DNA from: Ostreococcus lucimarinus
Taxonomy: Eukaryota
DNA length: 64,000 nt
Reading direction: 5' to 3' (one strand)
Assembly: GCA_000092065.1 (NCBI GenBank)
Contig: CP000581.1
The number at the start of each line of letters is the position of its first letter. The first letter of the stretch is position 1. The translations under genes were made by a program, and so were the position numbers. Positions 41,159-51,360 of the stretch are shown here, in pieces. The notes beneath the pieces were generated by a model. It did not search any database, was not told the origin of the DNA, and saw only the letters and a program-made list of their open reading frames with translations.

Positions 41159-44100
41159 ATGGGCGTCTACGACGACGACGACGCCATGCGCGTCGACTCC
41201 AGAGAAGACGACGAGGAAGAAGAGATCGGACAGGTGCGTTTGAACGCCCGCGCGCGACGCGCGAGCGCGCGAAGGCGACGCGAAGGCGCCGAGATCACCG
41301 AACGACGCCCGCGATCGACGCCGCATTCGTCGCGAATGCGTCGTCTTTCGCGACGCTCGCGCGGATTCGAGCGCGCGCGGACGGTCGCGTGGACGCGACG
41401 TCGCATCCGTGGTCGCGCGCGGTGACGAAACGCGCGCGGAGGAGGCGCGCGAGGACGAAGATCGCGGAAAAAGATCAGAGACTGACCGAATCTCACTCGT
41501 TTTCGGAGCGCGCAGGAAGACGCGTGGGTCGTCATCAGTTCCTTCTTCGAGGAGAAGGGTTTGGTGCGCCAACAACTCGACTCTTTCAATGAGTTCATCC
41601 AGCACACGATGCAAGAGATTGTCGGTGCGTGCGATCGAGCGAGACGCACGACGCGACGCGCGGGTAAAACGCGGGGTTTAGGGTAACGTATAAGATCGCG
41701 GAAACGAGAGACTGACGTGCTTTGGATTCGTTCGACGACGCAGATGAGATGCGGGAGATTGAGTTGACGCCAGAACATCAACACATGCCCGGACAGGATA
41801 TCGATTCGATGGAGAAGAAGACGTACAAGATTAGCTTTAACCAGATTTACCTCAGCAAGCCGATGGTGACCGAGGCGGATGGATACACCACAACGCTGTT
41901 CCCAAAGGAAGCGAGATTGCGTAATCTCACGTATTCGGCGCCGTTGTACGTCGATATGGTGAAGGAAGTCACGACGGTGCAACCGGACGGGGAAACGACG
42001 GTGGAGAAGGAGATTTTGAACAAAAACTTCATCGGCAAGGTTCCGATTATGCTGCGCTCTGATTACTGTTCGCTTCACGGACACACGGACAAGGAGTTGA
42101 CCGAGCTCGGGGAGTGCCCGTACGATGAGGGTGGTTATTTCGTCATCAACGGTAGCGAGAAGGTGCTCATCGCGCAGGAGCGTATGAGTACAAACCACGT
42201 GTACGTGTTCGAGAAGAAGCAACCGAGCAAGTTTATGTGGCAGGCTGAGTGCCGCAGTCAACCGGAGCGCGGGTCTCGCGGCGCGAGCTCGTGCGTGATG
42301 CGACAACTTCACGCCCCGGGGACTAAGGACGCGCCTGGTCCGATTCGATGTACGCTACCGTACATTCGAACGGATATTCCCATCTTCGTCGTGTTCCGCG
42401 CTCTCGGCTTCGTCGCAGACAAGGATATCTTGGAGCACATCGTGTACGATCTCGCGGACAATGAAATGATGGAGATGTTGAGGCCGTCTATCGAAGAGGC
42501 TTTCGTGATCCAATCGCAAGAAGTGGCGCTCGATTTCATCGGTAAGCGTGGATCCGCCGTCGGCGTTTCTCGCGAGAAGCGGATCAAGTACGCAAAGGAG
42601 ATTTTGCAAAAAGAGCTACTTCCCCACGTCGGCGTGCGTGAGGATTGCGAAACGAAGAAGGCGTACTTTTTGGGTTACATGATTCACCGTTTGTTGCTGT
42701 GCTCTCTCGGACGCCGTCCGGAAGACGATCGTGATCACTACGGCAATAAGCGTTTGGATCTCGGCGGTCCGTTGTTGGCACAATTGTTCCGACAATTGTT
42801 CCGCAAACTTACCAAGGACGTGCGTCTGTACTGCCAACGCTGCATTGACAGCGGCAAGGAAATTCAGCTCCAGCTCGCGATCAAGGCGAAAACGATCACT
42901 CAGGGCTTGAAGTATTCCCTCGCCACCGGTAACTGGGGATCGCAAGGAGCTGCAGATATTCGGGCAGGTGTCAGCCAAGTGCTAAACCGCCTTTCGTATT
43001 CGTCCACCTTGTCGCATCTTCGTCGCATCAACTCTCCGATCGGTCGTGAGGGTAAATTGGCCAAGCCTCGTCAGCTGCACAACTCATTGTGGGGTATGAT
43101 TTGTCCCGCGGAGACTCCCGAAGGCCAAGCTGTCGGTTTGGTGAAGAACCTCGCGCTCATGGCTCTCGTTTCCGTCGGTTCTCCCTCGGAGCCGATCTTG
43201 GAGTTCTTGGACGAGTGGACCATGGAAAACTTGGAAGAAATCTCTCCGTCGTTGATTGCTGAGTCGACGAAGATTTTCCTGAACGGCGTGTGGGTTGGCG
43301 TGCATCGGAACCCGGCGGATTTGGTCAGAACGCTGCGCAAGCTTCGCCGTCAGTGTGACATCGATTCTTCAGTGAGTGTCGTGCACGACATTCGGTTGAA
43401 AGAGCTTCGATTGTACACCGATTACGGTAGATGTACGCGTCCGCTCTTCATCGTCGAGGACGATCAAAAACTCAAGATCAAAAAGCAACACATCGAATTG
43501 TTGACGGAGAAGGACGTCACAGGGTACACCTGGAACGAACTCGTCACGTCGGGTTTTATCGAGTACGTCGACACTGAAGAAGAGGAAACGACCATGATTT
43601 CCATGACCATCGATGATCTTGTTGCCGGTCGCCACGCGGTCGAGCAAAACACCGGCGTTGCGATCAACTACACGCACTGCGAGATTCACCCGTCGATGAT
43701 TCTTGGCATCTGTGCCTCCATTATTCCCTTCCCCGACCACAACCAGTCGCCGCGTAACACTTATCAAAGTGCGATGGGTAAGCAAGCGATGGGGATGTAC
43801 GTGACGAACTACCAAATCCGCATGGATACCCTCGGTTACGTCATGTTTTACCCGCAAAAGCCACTTGTCACGACGCGCGCCATGGAATACTTGCACTTCC
43901 GCGAGCTTCCCGCTGGTTGCAACGCCGTTGTCGCCATCATGTGCTACACCGGTTACAACCAAGAAGATTCCGTGCTCATGAACCAAAGCGCCATCGATCG
44001 CGGCTTGTTCCGTTCTCTCTACTACAGATCGTTCAAAGACGAGGAGAAGAAGCAAGGCAGCTTGAGCCGAGAAGAGTTCGAGAGACCAGACAGAGACACG

Positions 44101-45111
44101 TGCTTGGGTATGCGTCACGGCACTTACGACAAACTCGATGACGATGGTTTGATTTGCCCGGGTACGCGCGTGAGTGGTGATGATATCATCATCGGTAAGA
44201 CGGCGCCGCTTCCCGAAGATGACACCGCCGTGCTGTCCAAGCGCTTCTCGAAGAAGGATTGCTCCACGGGCATGAAGCACGCGGAGACTGGCATCATCGA
44301 TCAAGTGCTGCTCACGACGAACGATCAAGGTTTACGTTTCGTCAAGCTTCGCGTCCGCTCGATGAGAACGCCGCAGGTTGGCGACAAGTTTTCTTCGCGT
44401 CACGGGCAGAAGGGTACCGTCGGCATGACGTACACGCAAGAAGACATGCCGTTCACGTGCGAGGGTATCACGCCCGATATCATCGTGAACCCTCACGCTA
44501 TTCCTTCGCGGATGACAATCGGTCAGCTCGTGGAGTGTATCATGGGCAAGGTTGCGGCGTGCATGGGCAAGGAAGGGGACGCTACGCCATTCACCCCGGT
44601 TACTGCAGAAGACATCTCTTCGATGCTGCACAAGTGTGGCTACCAAAAGCGTGGTAACGAAGTCATGTACAACGGTCACACGGGGCGCATGCTGGACGCG
44701 CAAATCTTCATCGGTCCGACGTATTACCAGCGCTTGAAGCACATGGTAGACGATAAGATTCACTCGCGCGGGCGCGGGCCGGTGCAAATCTTGACTCGTC
44801 AACCGATGGAGGGCCGCTCGAGAGATGGTGGTCTTCGTTTCGGGGAAATGGAACGAGATTGCATCATGAGTCATGGTGCTGCCTCTTTCCTCAAGGAACG
44901 ATTGATGGATCAATCCGACGCTTACAGAATCCACGTTTGCCAAAAGTGCGGGTTGATTGCCGTGGCCAACTTGAAGAACCAAACGTTTGAGTGCTGCAAG
45001 AACCCGAGCGAACGTACGTCGGTCGTCCAAGTCATGGTTCCGTACGCTTGCAAACTTCTGTTCCAAGAGCTCATGAGTATGGCGATCGCCCCGAGACTCA
45101 TCACCGGTTAA
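41159..45111 (+). CDS. RPB2: DNA-directed RNA polymerase II second-largest subunit (RPB2), 3 exons
   Basis: Exon 1 is 41159-41233 ([25 protein letters not shown]|gtgcgt). Exon 2 is 41516-41624 ([36 protein letters not shown]|gtgcgt). Exon 3 is 41744-45111 ([52 protein letters not shown]..). Both introns carry actgac 25-27 nt before the AG. The track ORF (41722, a TTG start) lacks the conserved N-terminus. Confidence 0.9.
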
Positions 45112-45174
45112 CGCCGGAATATTAGAAAAACGCAAAAAAAAAATTGTTAGAAATCACGAACCGTTAGCCTTCAA

Positions 45175-45801
45175 CTACAACACTCTCGCCGCCTCTAAGT
45201 TCAGCGCGCACACACCACGCATGAACGCCCGCCGAACTTCCGACTCCGAATCATTGCGATCGCCGCTCGCGTTCGCACAAACGGCCGCAGGGTGTCGCTT
45301 TCGCGGCGCGAGTTTGGCCACGGCGTCGTCGCACCGTTCGCGGTAGAACGTCGTCTCGCGAGTCAACGTCTCTTCGCGCTTTGAAACTTTCACACGAGAT
45401 GCTCGCCGCAAAGCGCGCCACGCATCGAGCACCGATCGTTTCGTGCGTAAACGTGCTTCGCGCGCTCGCGCGCGTTCTTCTCGTCCCACGTGAACCGCTT
45501 CGCGCCATCGCCGAAGCAGTCTGCGCGCCTCGTCGCGTCGCGCGCGCCGGGCCAACGCCTCCGCGCACCGCGTCGTCTGCATCCTCGCCCGCGCGCACCA
45601 CGCTCGCCACCGCGTCGTCTCTTCATTCGCCGTCCGCAAGCTCTCGTCCCCCTGCGCGTCCCGCCGTCGCGCGTTCGTCTCCACCGCTCGCGCGCACTCG
45701 CGCACCGCCACCGCCAGCGCGCGCTCGAGCTCGCGAAACGTCGTCAGCAATCCCGCGTCGTTCGTCGCGCGCTCGTCCTTCCGCCGTCGACTCGACTCCA
45801 T
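45175..45801 (-). CDS. Hypothetical coiled-coil protein
   Basis: 208 aa from real ATG 45801. Fits exactly in the gap between RPB2 and the tRNA methyltransferase. W/E/T-containing composition, unlike the R/P noise of the overlapping + strand ORF. Confidence 0.35.
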   Translation of the reverse strand: MESSRRRKDERATNDAGLLTTFRELERALAVAVRECARAVETNARRRDAQGDESLRTANEETTRWRAWCARARMQTTRCAEALARRARRDEARRLLRRWREAVHVGREERARAREARLRTKRSVLDAWRALRRASRVKVSKREETLTRETTFYRERCDDAVAKLAPRKRHPAAVCANASGDRNDSESEVRRAFMRGVCALNLEAARVL

Positions 45802-45947
45802 CGCGCGCGGCGCCCGGACCGTTCGTCGGACCGCGGACCGTTCGGTCGTCGGATCGCTCGCGCCGTTCGCGCGCGACAGAGCGCCGCCGTCGCGCGTCGG
45901 TCAATGCCGACGCGTCGTTTCGTCTCCCGCCATTGACCGCCGCCGCG

Positions 45948-47090
45948 ATGGCGGCCTCGAGTCCGAGCTATCACGGCTCGCGCGCGCTCGACGCCGACGC
46001 GTACGAGCGCCAGCTCGAGGAGAAGGTTGCCGAAATCGCGCGCGCGTTCGCGCCGTTCGTCGACGCGTCGCGCGCGCGCGTCGCGCGCTCGGAAATCGTC
46101 GAGTTCCGCTCGAGGGTACGGTTTCAAGTCGTTCGCGACGTTGACGGCGCGTCGCGCTACGCGATGTGGGACAGAGGCGCGCCGACGGTGATGGTGGATG
46201 ATTTTCCCATGGCGCGACGGGCGATCCGAGACGTGATGGGGCGATTGCTGCGCGAGGCGAGCGCGGTGGCGGCGCTGCGGGACGGGCTCGAGGCGACGCA
46301 CTTTTTGTGCGGCGTCGCCGAAGGCAAGGTGTTGGCGACGCTCGTGTACTCGACACCGATCAACGTCGACGCGTGGACGCTCGCGGCGCGTCGTTTACTC
46401 GCGACGAAGTTCGACGACGTGTCGCTCGAACTCATGGGACGATGCAAGGGCGTCGTCGCGAAGACGGGGGATGATTTCGTGTGGGAAGAGTACGAGCTCG
46501 GCGACGGTTCGGTGTTGACTTACAAACACACCGAGGGCGCTTTTTCGAATCCTAATCGAACGATCACGATCGCCACGATGGAGTTCTTGCGCGATGCGGC
46601 GAAGAAGAAGTTCTCGAGGCGAAAGATGCTACTAGAGCTGTATTGCGGCAACGCGAATCATACGTGCGCGCTCGCGAATTTGTACGAGCGCGTTGTCGCG
46701 GTTGAAGTAAACCCCGTTTTAGTCGATGCCGCGCGAGAGAGTCTGGACATGAACTCGGTGTCGAACGTCGATATAATTTTGAGTCCGAGCGAGAGCGTCG
46801 CCAAAAGTTTGCTGCGCGGAAAGTTCAAAGACGCAGCCGGCGCTACGATTCGCGTCGAAGACTTTGACGCCGTCCTCGTCGATCCACCTCGAGCGGGTCT
46901 CGACGCCGACACGTTGGCGCTCGTGTCCCAGATCGATCACGTGCTGTACGTGTCGTGTGGACCTGAAAACTTGCTCGCCAACATCAGGGATGGACTGGAC
47001 GCAACACACGCGGTCGACGATTTCATAGTATTGGATCATTTCCCGTGGACGCGACACATCGAAGTCGCCGTATCCATGCGCAAGCGTTAG
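45948..47090 (+). CDS. tRNA (uracil-5-)-methyltransferase, TrmA-type (tRNA m5U54)
   Basis: From real ATG 45948: MAASSPSYHGSRALDADAYERQLEEKVAEIARAFAPF.. parallels E. coli TrmA (..[21 protein letters not shown]..). C-terminal SAM-MTase fold: ..LELYCGNANHTCALA..FDAVLVDPPRAGLD..VLYVSCGPENL... The track ORF extends 189 R/P-rich codons upstream from a GTG. Confidence 0.8.
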   Translation: MAASSPSYHGSRALDADAYERQLEEKVAEIARAFAPFVDASRARVARSEIVEFRSRVRFQVVRDVDGASRYAMWDRGAPTVMVDDFPMARRAIRDVMGRLLREASAVAALRDGLEATHFLCGVAEGKVLATLVYSTPINVDAWTLAARRLLATKFDDVSLELMGRCKGVVAKTGDDFVWEEYELGDGSVLTYKHTEGAFSNPNRTITIATMEFLRDAAKKKFSRRKMLLELYCGNANHTCALANLYERVVAVEVNPVLVDAARESLDMNSVSNVDIILSPSESVAKSLLRGKFKDAAGATIRVEDFDAVLVDPPRAGLDADTLALVSQIDHVLYVSCGPENLLANIRDGLDATHAVDDFIVLDHFPWTRHIEVAVSMRKR

Positions 47091-47253
47091 GTAGTTTAGA
47101 GAAATCCAATGTAGGTAGAACGGTAGTACAACATAAGCAATTCTTTTAGTAGTCACATCGAAGTCGCCGTATCCATGCGCAAGCGTTAGGTAGTTTAGAG
47201 AAATCCAATGTAGGTAGAACGGTAGTACAACATAAGCAATTCTTTTAGTAGTC
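47056..47253. repeat. Perfect 99-bp direct tandem duplication (x2) spanning the stop codon of the tRNA methyltransferase gene
   Basis: acatcgaagtcgccgtatccatgcgcaagcgttaggtagtttagagaaatccaatgtaggtagaacggtagtacaacataagcaattcttttagtagtc occurs at 47056-47154 and again at 47155-47253. It lies in the convergent 3' region just before the DUS3 stop (47263). Confidence 0.85.
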
Positions 47254-47262
47254 TAGTTAGGG

Positions 47263-49089
47263 TCATCCCTGGTCCATATCGCCGAGCGCGGCGCCAGACT
47301 CGCTCGCGTAAGCGTTCGATTTGTGCTTTGGCTGAAATGCGAATCCTTCAGGCGGCGGGCCGAGGAGCATTGTGGAGATCTTCACCCAATCGCTACTCGC
47401 CTCGCTCGCCATGAGTGTCTCCAAATCGTCCCGTCCAACAAACGCCGGTGGGCGCTGTGTCATCGCGGCAGCGCCGTAACTGTGATCCAACAACCCGATG
47501 GGGGTGTAGCGATACGTAAACGACATCCACTCGAGCAAATATTTGCGCGTCGACTCCACGCCTCGCGTGTCGCTTCCCCAGTGTTCGAGCCCGAAAGAGG
47601 CGAATGATTTCAAAATATCGAATCGCTCACGCGACGAAATGTCCCAGTCGCGACGCTCTTTGATTTCGGTGAACAGCCACGGCTTGATGAGCGCGCCGCG
47701 AGCGAGCATGCACGTGTCCACGGAGTGTTCCTCCAGATGGGTGTAGTAATCCTTTTGCATGTATACATCGCCGTTACCTATCAAAGGTACCGAGCTCGAC
47801 TCTTTTGTTAATTTGGTGTACTCCCAATCCGCCACGCTCCGGTATCGCTGCGCGCGCGTGCGTCCGTGAAGCGTCATCGCCGCCGCGCCCCATTCGGCGA
47901 CTTTCGGCGCAAACGTGTGCGCGACTCGACTTTTATCGGTGTACGCCATGCGCGTTTTGAACGTTAGCGAACACTTGCCAAGCGCCGCGCTGGCAGCACG
48001 AATGACTGTTTCCATCTTCTTGGGTTTCTCGAGCATCATCGACCCGTATCCTTTCTGGCACACGGAGTCGATCGGGCACCCCATGTTGATGTCTATAAAG
48101 TCGACGTCTATCGTGTCTTCGAGTAATTGGCAGCACCTGGTGACTGAGTCTGGGTAACCACCACATATCTGCACCCCAAAAATGTCTTCGCTCTTATGAC
48201 GACGAAGAAGCGCCCACTCACTCGGGAGTCCTTGCAGTAAACTCGTACACAACGCCATCTCACCGCACGTGATGTCGGCGCCAAGCGTCTTGCAAACGCG
48301 ACGAAACGGTAAATTTCCGACCGTCGTCAAAGGAGCTAGGTACAGCTTGTCTTTGAAGTCGATTGTTCTCTTCTCTTCGACGCGCGCTTTCGTAAACGCA
48401 CCCGTATCCGTACGGTTTTCTTCGTCGACTTTTGCGCGTTTCGCCGCGCTCTCCTCGCCCGCTTTCGTCTGCTCATCCTTTTTCGTCTCCATCGCCCTCA
48501 ACACTTCCTTCACGATCGTATCCGCCCTAGAAAAATCATACTTCTTCTTGCGTAACCGCACCATCACGTCCTTGTCCACGAAATTCATCTCCTTCTCCAC
48601 CGTCTTCGGCGGCTCGAGCGTCGTCGTCGACTCGGCAACCGTCGCGCCGTCCCGACCCTCCCCCGTCGCGTGCGTTCCGTAATATCGACAACGCACCCCG
48701 TACGGGCACCCGCCCTCTTTATTCACGAACGTGCACGTCCCCGGCAAATCGGGAGGTTTCGTCTTCAAAAACGCGTCGACGTCGTGCGAATATTTACACG
48801 CGTCGCCAAAGGCGCACTTTCCCTCGCGCGTCAACTGATTGCACAGCCCGCGCTCGCGCGGCTTATCCGCGCGCGACTTTTCGGCGAACTTGGCGCGTTT
48901 GTTGAACGCGCCGAACGTGCCGCCGCCCGAGATCGGCGCGGCGTCGCCGGCGTCGGCGTGGGTCGCCGCATCGAGCGGCGGCGGTGGTCTGGGCTCGACG
49001 AGAAACTCGCGCTTGACGACGACGGTACCGCTCGCGAAGAGCTCCGCGGACGTGGGCGGAGTCCACGGCGCGCCGACGTCGCTCGACAT
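47263..49089 (-). CDS. DUS3: tRNA-dihydrouridine synthase 3-like (two CCCH zinc fingers + DUS TIM-barrel)
   Basis: Real ATG at 49089. ..LCNQLTREGKCAFGDACKYSHD.. and ..GTCTFVNKEGGCPYGVRCRYYGTH.. (CCCH x2). DUS domain ..LAPLTTVGNLPFRRVCKTLGADITCGEMA..IDINMGCP... Confidence 0.85.
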   Translation of the reverse strand: MSSDVGAPWTPPTSAELFASGTVVVKREFLVEPRPPPPLDAATHADAGDAAPISGGGTFGAFNKRAKFAEKSRADKPRERGLCNQLTREGKCAFGDACKYSHDVDAFLKTKPPDLPGTCTFVNKEGGCPYGVRCRYYGTHATGEGRDGATVAESTTTLEPPKTVEKEMNFVDKDVMVRLRKKKYDFSRADTIVKEVLRAMETKKDEQTKAGEESAAKRAKVDEENRTDTGAFTKARVEEKRTIDFKDKLYLAPLTTVGNLPFRRVCKTLGADITCGEMALCTSLLQGLPSEWALLRRHKSEDIFGVQICGGYPDSVTRCCQLLEDTIDVDFIDINMGCPIDSVCQKGYGSMMLEKPKKMETVIRAASAALGKCSLTFKTRMAYTDKSRVAHTFAPKVAEWGAAAMTLHGRTRAQRYRSVADWEYTKLTKESSSVPLIGNGDVYMQKDYYTHLEEHSVDTCMLARGALIKPWLFTEIKERRDWDISSRERFDILKSFASFGLEHWGSDTRGVESTRKYLLEWMSFTYRYTPIGLLDHSYGAAAMTQRPPAFVGRDDLETLMASEASSDWVKISTMLLGPPPEGFAFQPKHKSNAYASESGAALGDMDQG

Positions 49090-49188
49090 GCGCGCGGAGA
49101 AGCGCCGCGGCGGCGCGCGCGGCGCTGTGTGTCGTAACCGACTCTCTACACCTAATCGCTACAAAGACGCCGCGCTAACCGCGCCAAT

Positions 49189-50067
49189 TTAATTTTTCCT
49201 ACGGCGTAATTTTCGCGCGCGCGCGCCGCTCGCGGCGCACCGATCGTCGTCGTTTTCTTCGTCTCGTCCATCGACGACGTCGTCGTCGTCGTCGAGATGG
49301 ACGCGAACGTCGGCGCGCGTCGCGACGCTCGATTCCGGCGCCGCGCGCTTTTTCGTCTTCGACTTGGCGTTCGCCGCCGCCGCGCGAGAGAATCGCGGTT
49401 TCGGCAACGCTTCGACGGACTCGCGTTCGACGTGTATCGTCGGTGTGTTCGGGTGCTCGTCGCCCGTCGCCGACGACGGACCGCGCGCGTTCGACACTCG
49501 CCCGCTACCGACGGTGAGCTCTTCGTCGAGCGCGTATCGCGTGTACTTGGCGGGATTCGCCACGTGATCCGGCACGCGGTCCACCGCGCTCGGCGCGCCC
49601 ACCGCGCGCGCGCGCTCGACCATCGACGTCACCCCGTTCATCGATCGACGCTCGCGCGCGTCGACGCCGAGCGCCAGGGCGTCGTCCTCGTCGAAATCCG
49701 CCTCGCCGTCCAGCGCGCGACACCGCCCGACGCTCGCCGCCAACCGCGTCATCTTCCGCGCGTCGTCGTCCCCCTCCTCGTCCGATTCCAGGCAATCCAA
49801 ATCGTCCCCGCATCTCTCGCTCGCGCTCTCGCTCGCGCTCTCGCCGTCGCCGCCGTCGCCGTCGCCGCCCCGTCGCGTCACCGCGTTCGATCGCGGTCGC
49901 CACCCGCCGCCGTCGCCGTCCCCGAACACCGCGCCGACGCGCGCGTGAAACGTCCCGTACTCGATCGTCTCCGTCGCGCCGCGCGACGTCGACGCGCGCG
50001 CCGATTCGCGATTCAAGCGATCCTTCGCGTCGCCCGCGTCGTCGTCCGCGCGCGCGCGCGTCGCCAT
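49189..50067 (-). CDS. Hypothetical acidic protein
   Basis: 292 aa from real ATG 50067. D/E/G-rich, contains ..PDHVANPAKYTRYALDEELTV... Basic C-terminal tail (KSKTKKRAAPE..KLRRRKN, NLS-like). No family assigned. Confidence 0.4.
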   Translation of the reverse strand: MATRARADDDAGDAKDRLNRESARASTSRGATETIEYGTFHARVGAVFGDGDGGGWRPRSNAVTRRGGDGDGGDGESASESASERCGDDLDCLESDEEGDDDARKMTRLAASVGRCRALDGEADFDEDDALALGVDARERRSMNGVTSMVERARAVGAPSAVDRVPDHVANPAKYTRYALDEELTVGSGRVSNARGPSSATGDEHPNTPTIHVERESVEALPKPRFSRAAAANAKSKTKKRAAPESSVATRADVRVHLDDDDDVVDGRDEENDDDRCAASGARARKLRRRKN

Positions 50068-50269
50068 CGCGTCGTCGTCGTCGTCCCGTTGTGTCCGCGC
50101 GACGCGTCGTCGTCGTCGTCGCGCGCGTCGACCGCGCCGCGCGTCGTCACCGCGCGTCGCGCGAACGCGCGCGCCGACGCGCGTGCGATTCGCCGGAAAC
50201 GTTCGCGCCCGTCACGCGCGCGCGCGTCCGCCGTCGCGCGTCGCCGCGATCGCGCGCGCGCGCGTCGAT

Positions 50270-50520
50270 CGATCGATCGAACCCGATCGACGCGATCCGA
50301 ATCGATCGAATCGATCGAATCGATCGATTCGAGCATCGAATCGAATCGACCTCGAGGTCGACCTCGCCCGCTCGACTCGGGGTGCTTGAATCCGGTATTG
50401 GGAATTTCCCGATGCGTATTGAAATCGGCGATTTTACACTGTTTGCCCATACGAAAAGCCTAATACGTCGATACGCCAATACGGTATCAGCTCGTATCGA
50501 TACGAGCTGATACCGTCGCG
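50270..50520. promoter_or_regulatory. Bidirectional promoter region with palindromic microsatellite and a perfect 34-bp palindrome
   Basis: (gaatcgatc)n-type repeats and gacctcgaggtc at 50270-50360. A locally AT-richer tract. cggtatcagctcgtatcgatacgagctgataccg (50482-50515) is identical to its own reverse complement. Confidence 0.5.
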
Positions 50521-50582
50521 CGATCGCGAATCGCGATCGAACCGCGCGACGCACGACGACGCGCGCGATCCGACGCGCCGCG

Positions 50583-51161
50583 ATGACGCTCGCGACGACG
50601 ACGACGACGATGCCCCGCGCGCGCGCGATCGCGCCCCGACGCGCTCCGAAGACGACGCGCAAAATCGCGACGACGACGACGCGATCGACGGCGATCGACG
50701 CCGGCGATCGATTCGCGACGGCGACGCGGACGCTCGCGGCGGTGACGCTCGCGGCGACGCTCGCGATGCAACAACCGACGGACATCGCGCACGCGAAATC
50801 CGGCGCGGACGCGAACGTCGTCGAGAGATCGAGCGGGCTGTCGCCGATCAGCGATAAGGCGAAGTCGTACGGCGAAGAGATCGACGCGCGCGAGGCGGGC
50901 GATTACGAGAGCTCGAAGCGCGGGTCGTACAACGTGCGAGAAAAGTACGCGAAGAAGGCGCCGAAGGCGACGAAGAAGTTTGAACGACCGGTTCGGGAGG
51001 AAGCGGCGCCGAGGGCGAAGAAGGAATCCTCGGGCGGGGGGTTCGCGTTGCCGAGCTTTTCGTTGCCGAGCGTGTCGCTGCCGAGCCTGCCGAGCCTGCC
51101 GAGCTTCGGCGGCGACGCGGCGACGGAGGACGCGGCGCCGGCGGAGGCGGAGGCGTCGTGA
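50583..51161 (+). CDS. Hypothetical small protein with presequence-like N-terminus (possible plastid/thylakoid targeting) and SLPS repeats
   Basis: Real ATG at 50583. T/A/R-rich N-terminus followed by a hydrophobic stretch ..TRTLAAVTLAATLAMQQPTDIAHA (AxA-like site). Mature part is K/E-rich with ..GGGFALPSFSLPSVSLPSLPSLPSFGG... Confidence 0.45.
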   Translation: MTLATTTTTMPRARAIAPRRAPKTTRKIATTTTRSTAIDAGDRFATATRTLAAVTLAATLAMQQPTDIAHAKSGADANVVERSSGLSPISDKAKSYGEEIDAREAGDYESSKRGSYNVREKYAKKAPKATKKFERPVREEAAPRAKKESSGGGFALPSFSLPSVSLPSLPSLPSFGGDAATEDAAPAEAEAS

Positions 51162-51360
51162 GCGCGCGCGCGGCGAACGCGATGAAACGTCGCGAACGCG
51201 AACGCGATCGGCGCTCGACGCGACCGAACGCGTTTAATAATAAAGAAGCGCACACTTCGTCGACGCGTCGACGCTCGCCCCGCGCCGCGCGCTCGACGAA
51301 TGAGTGAAGACGACCGCGCGCGAGATTCCGCGACGCGCCGTCCGCGCGCGACGACGCGCG

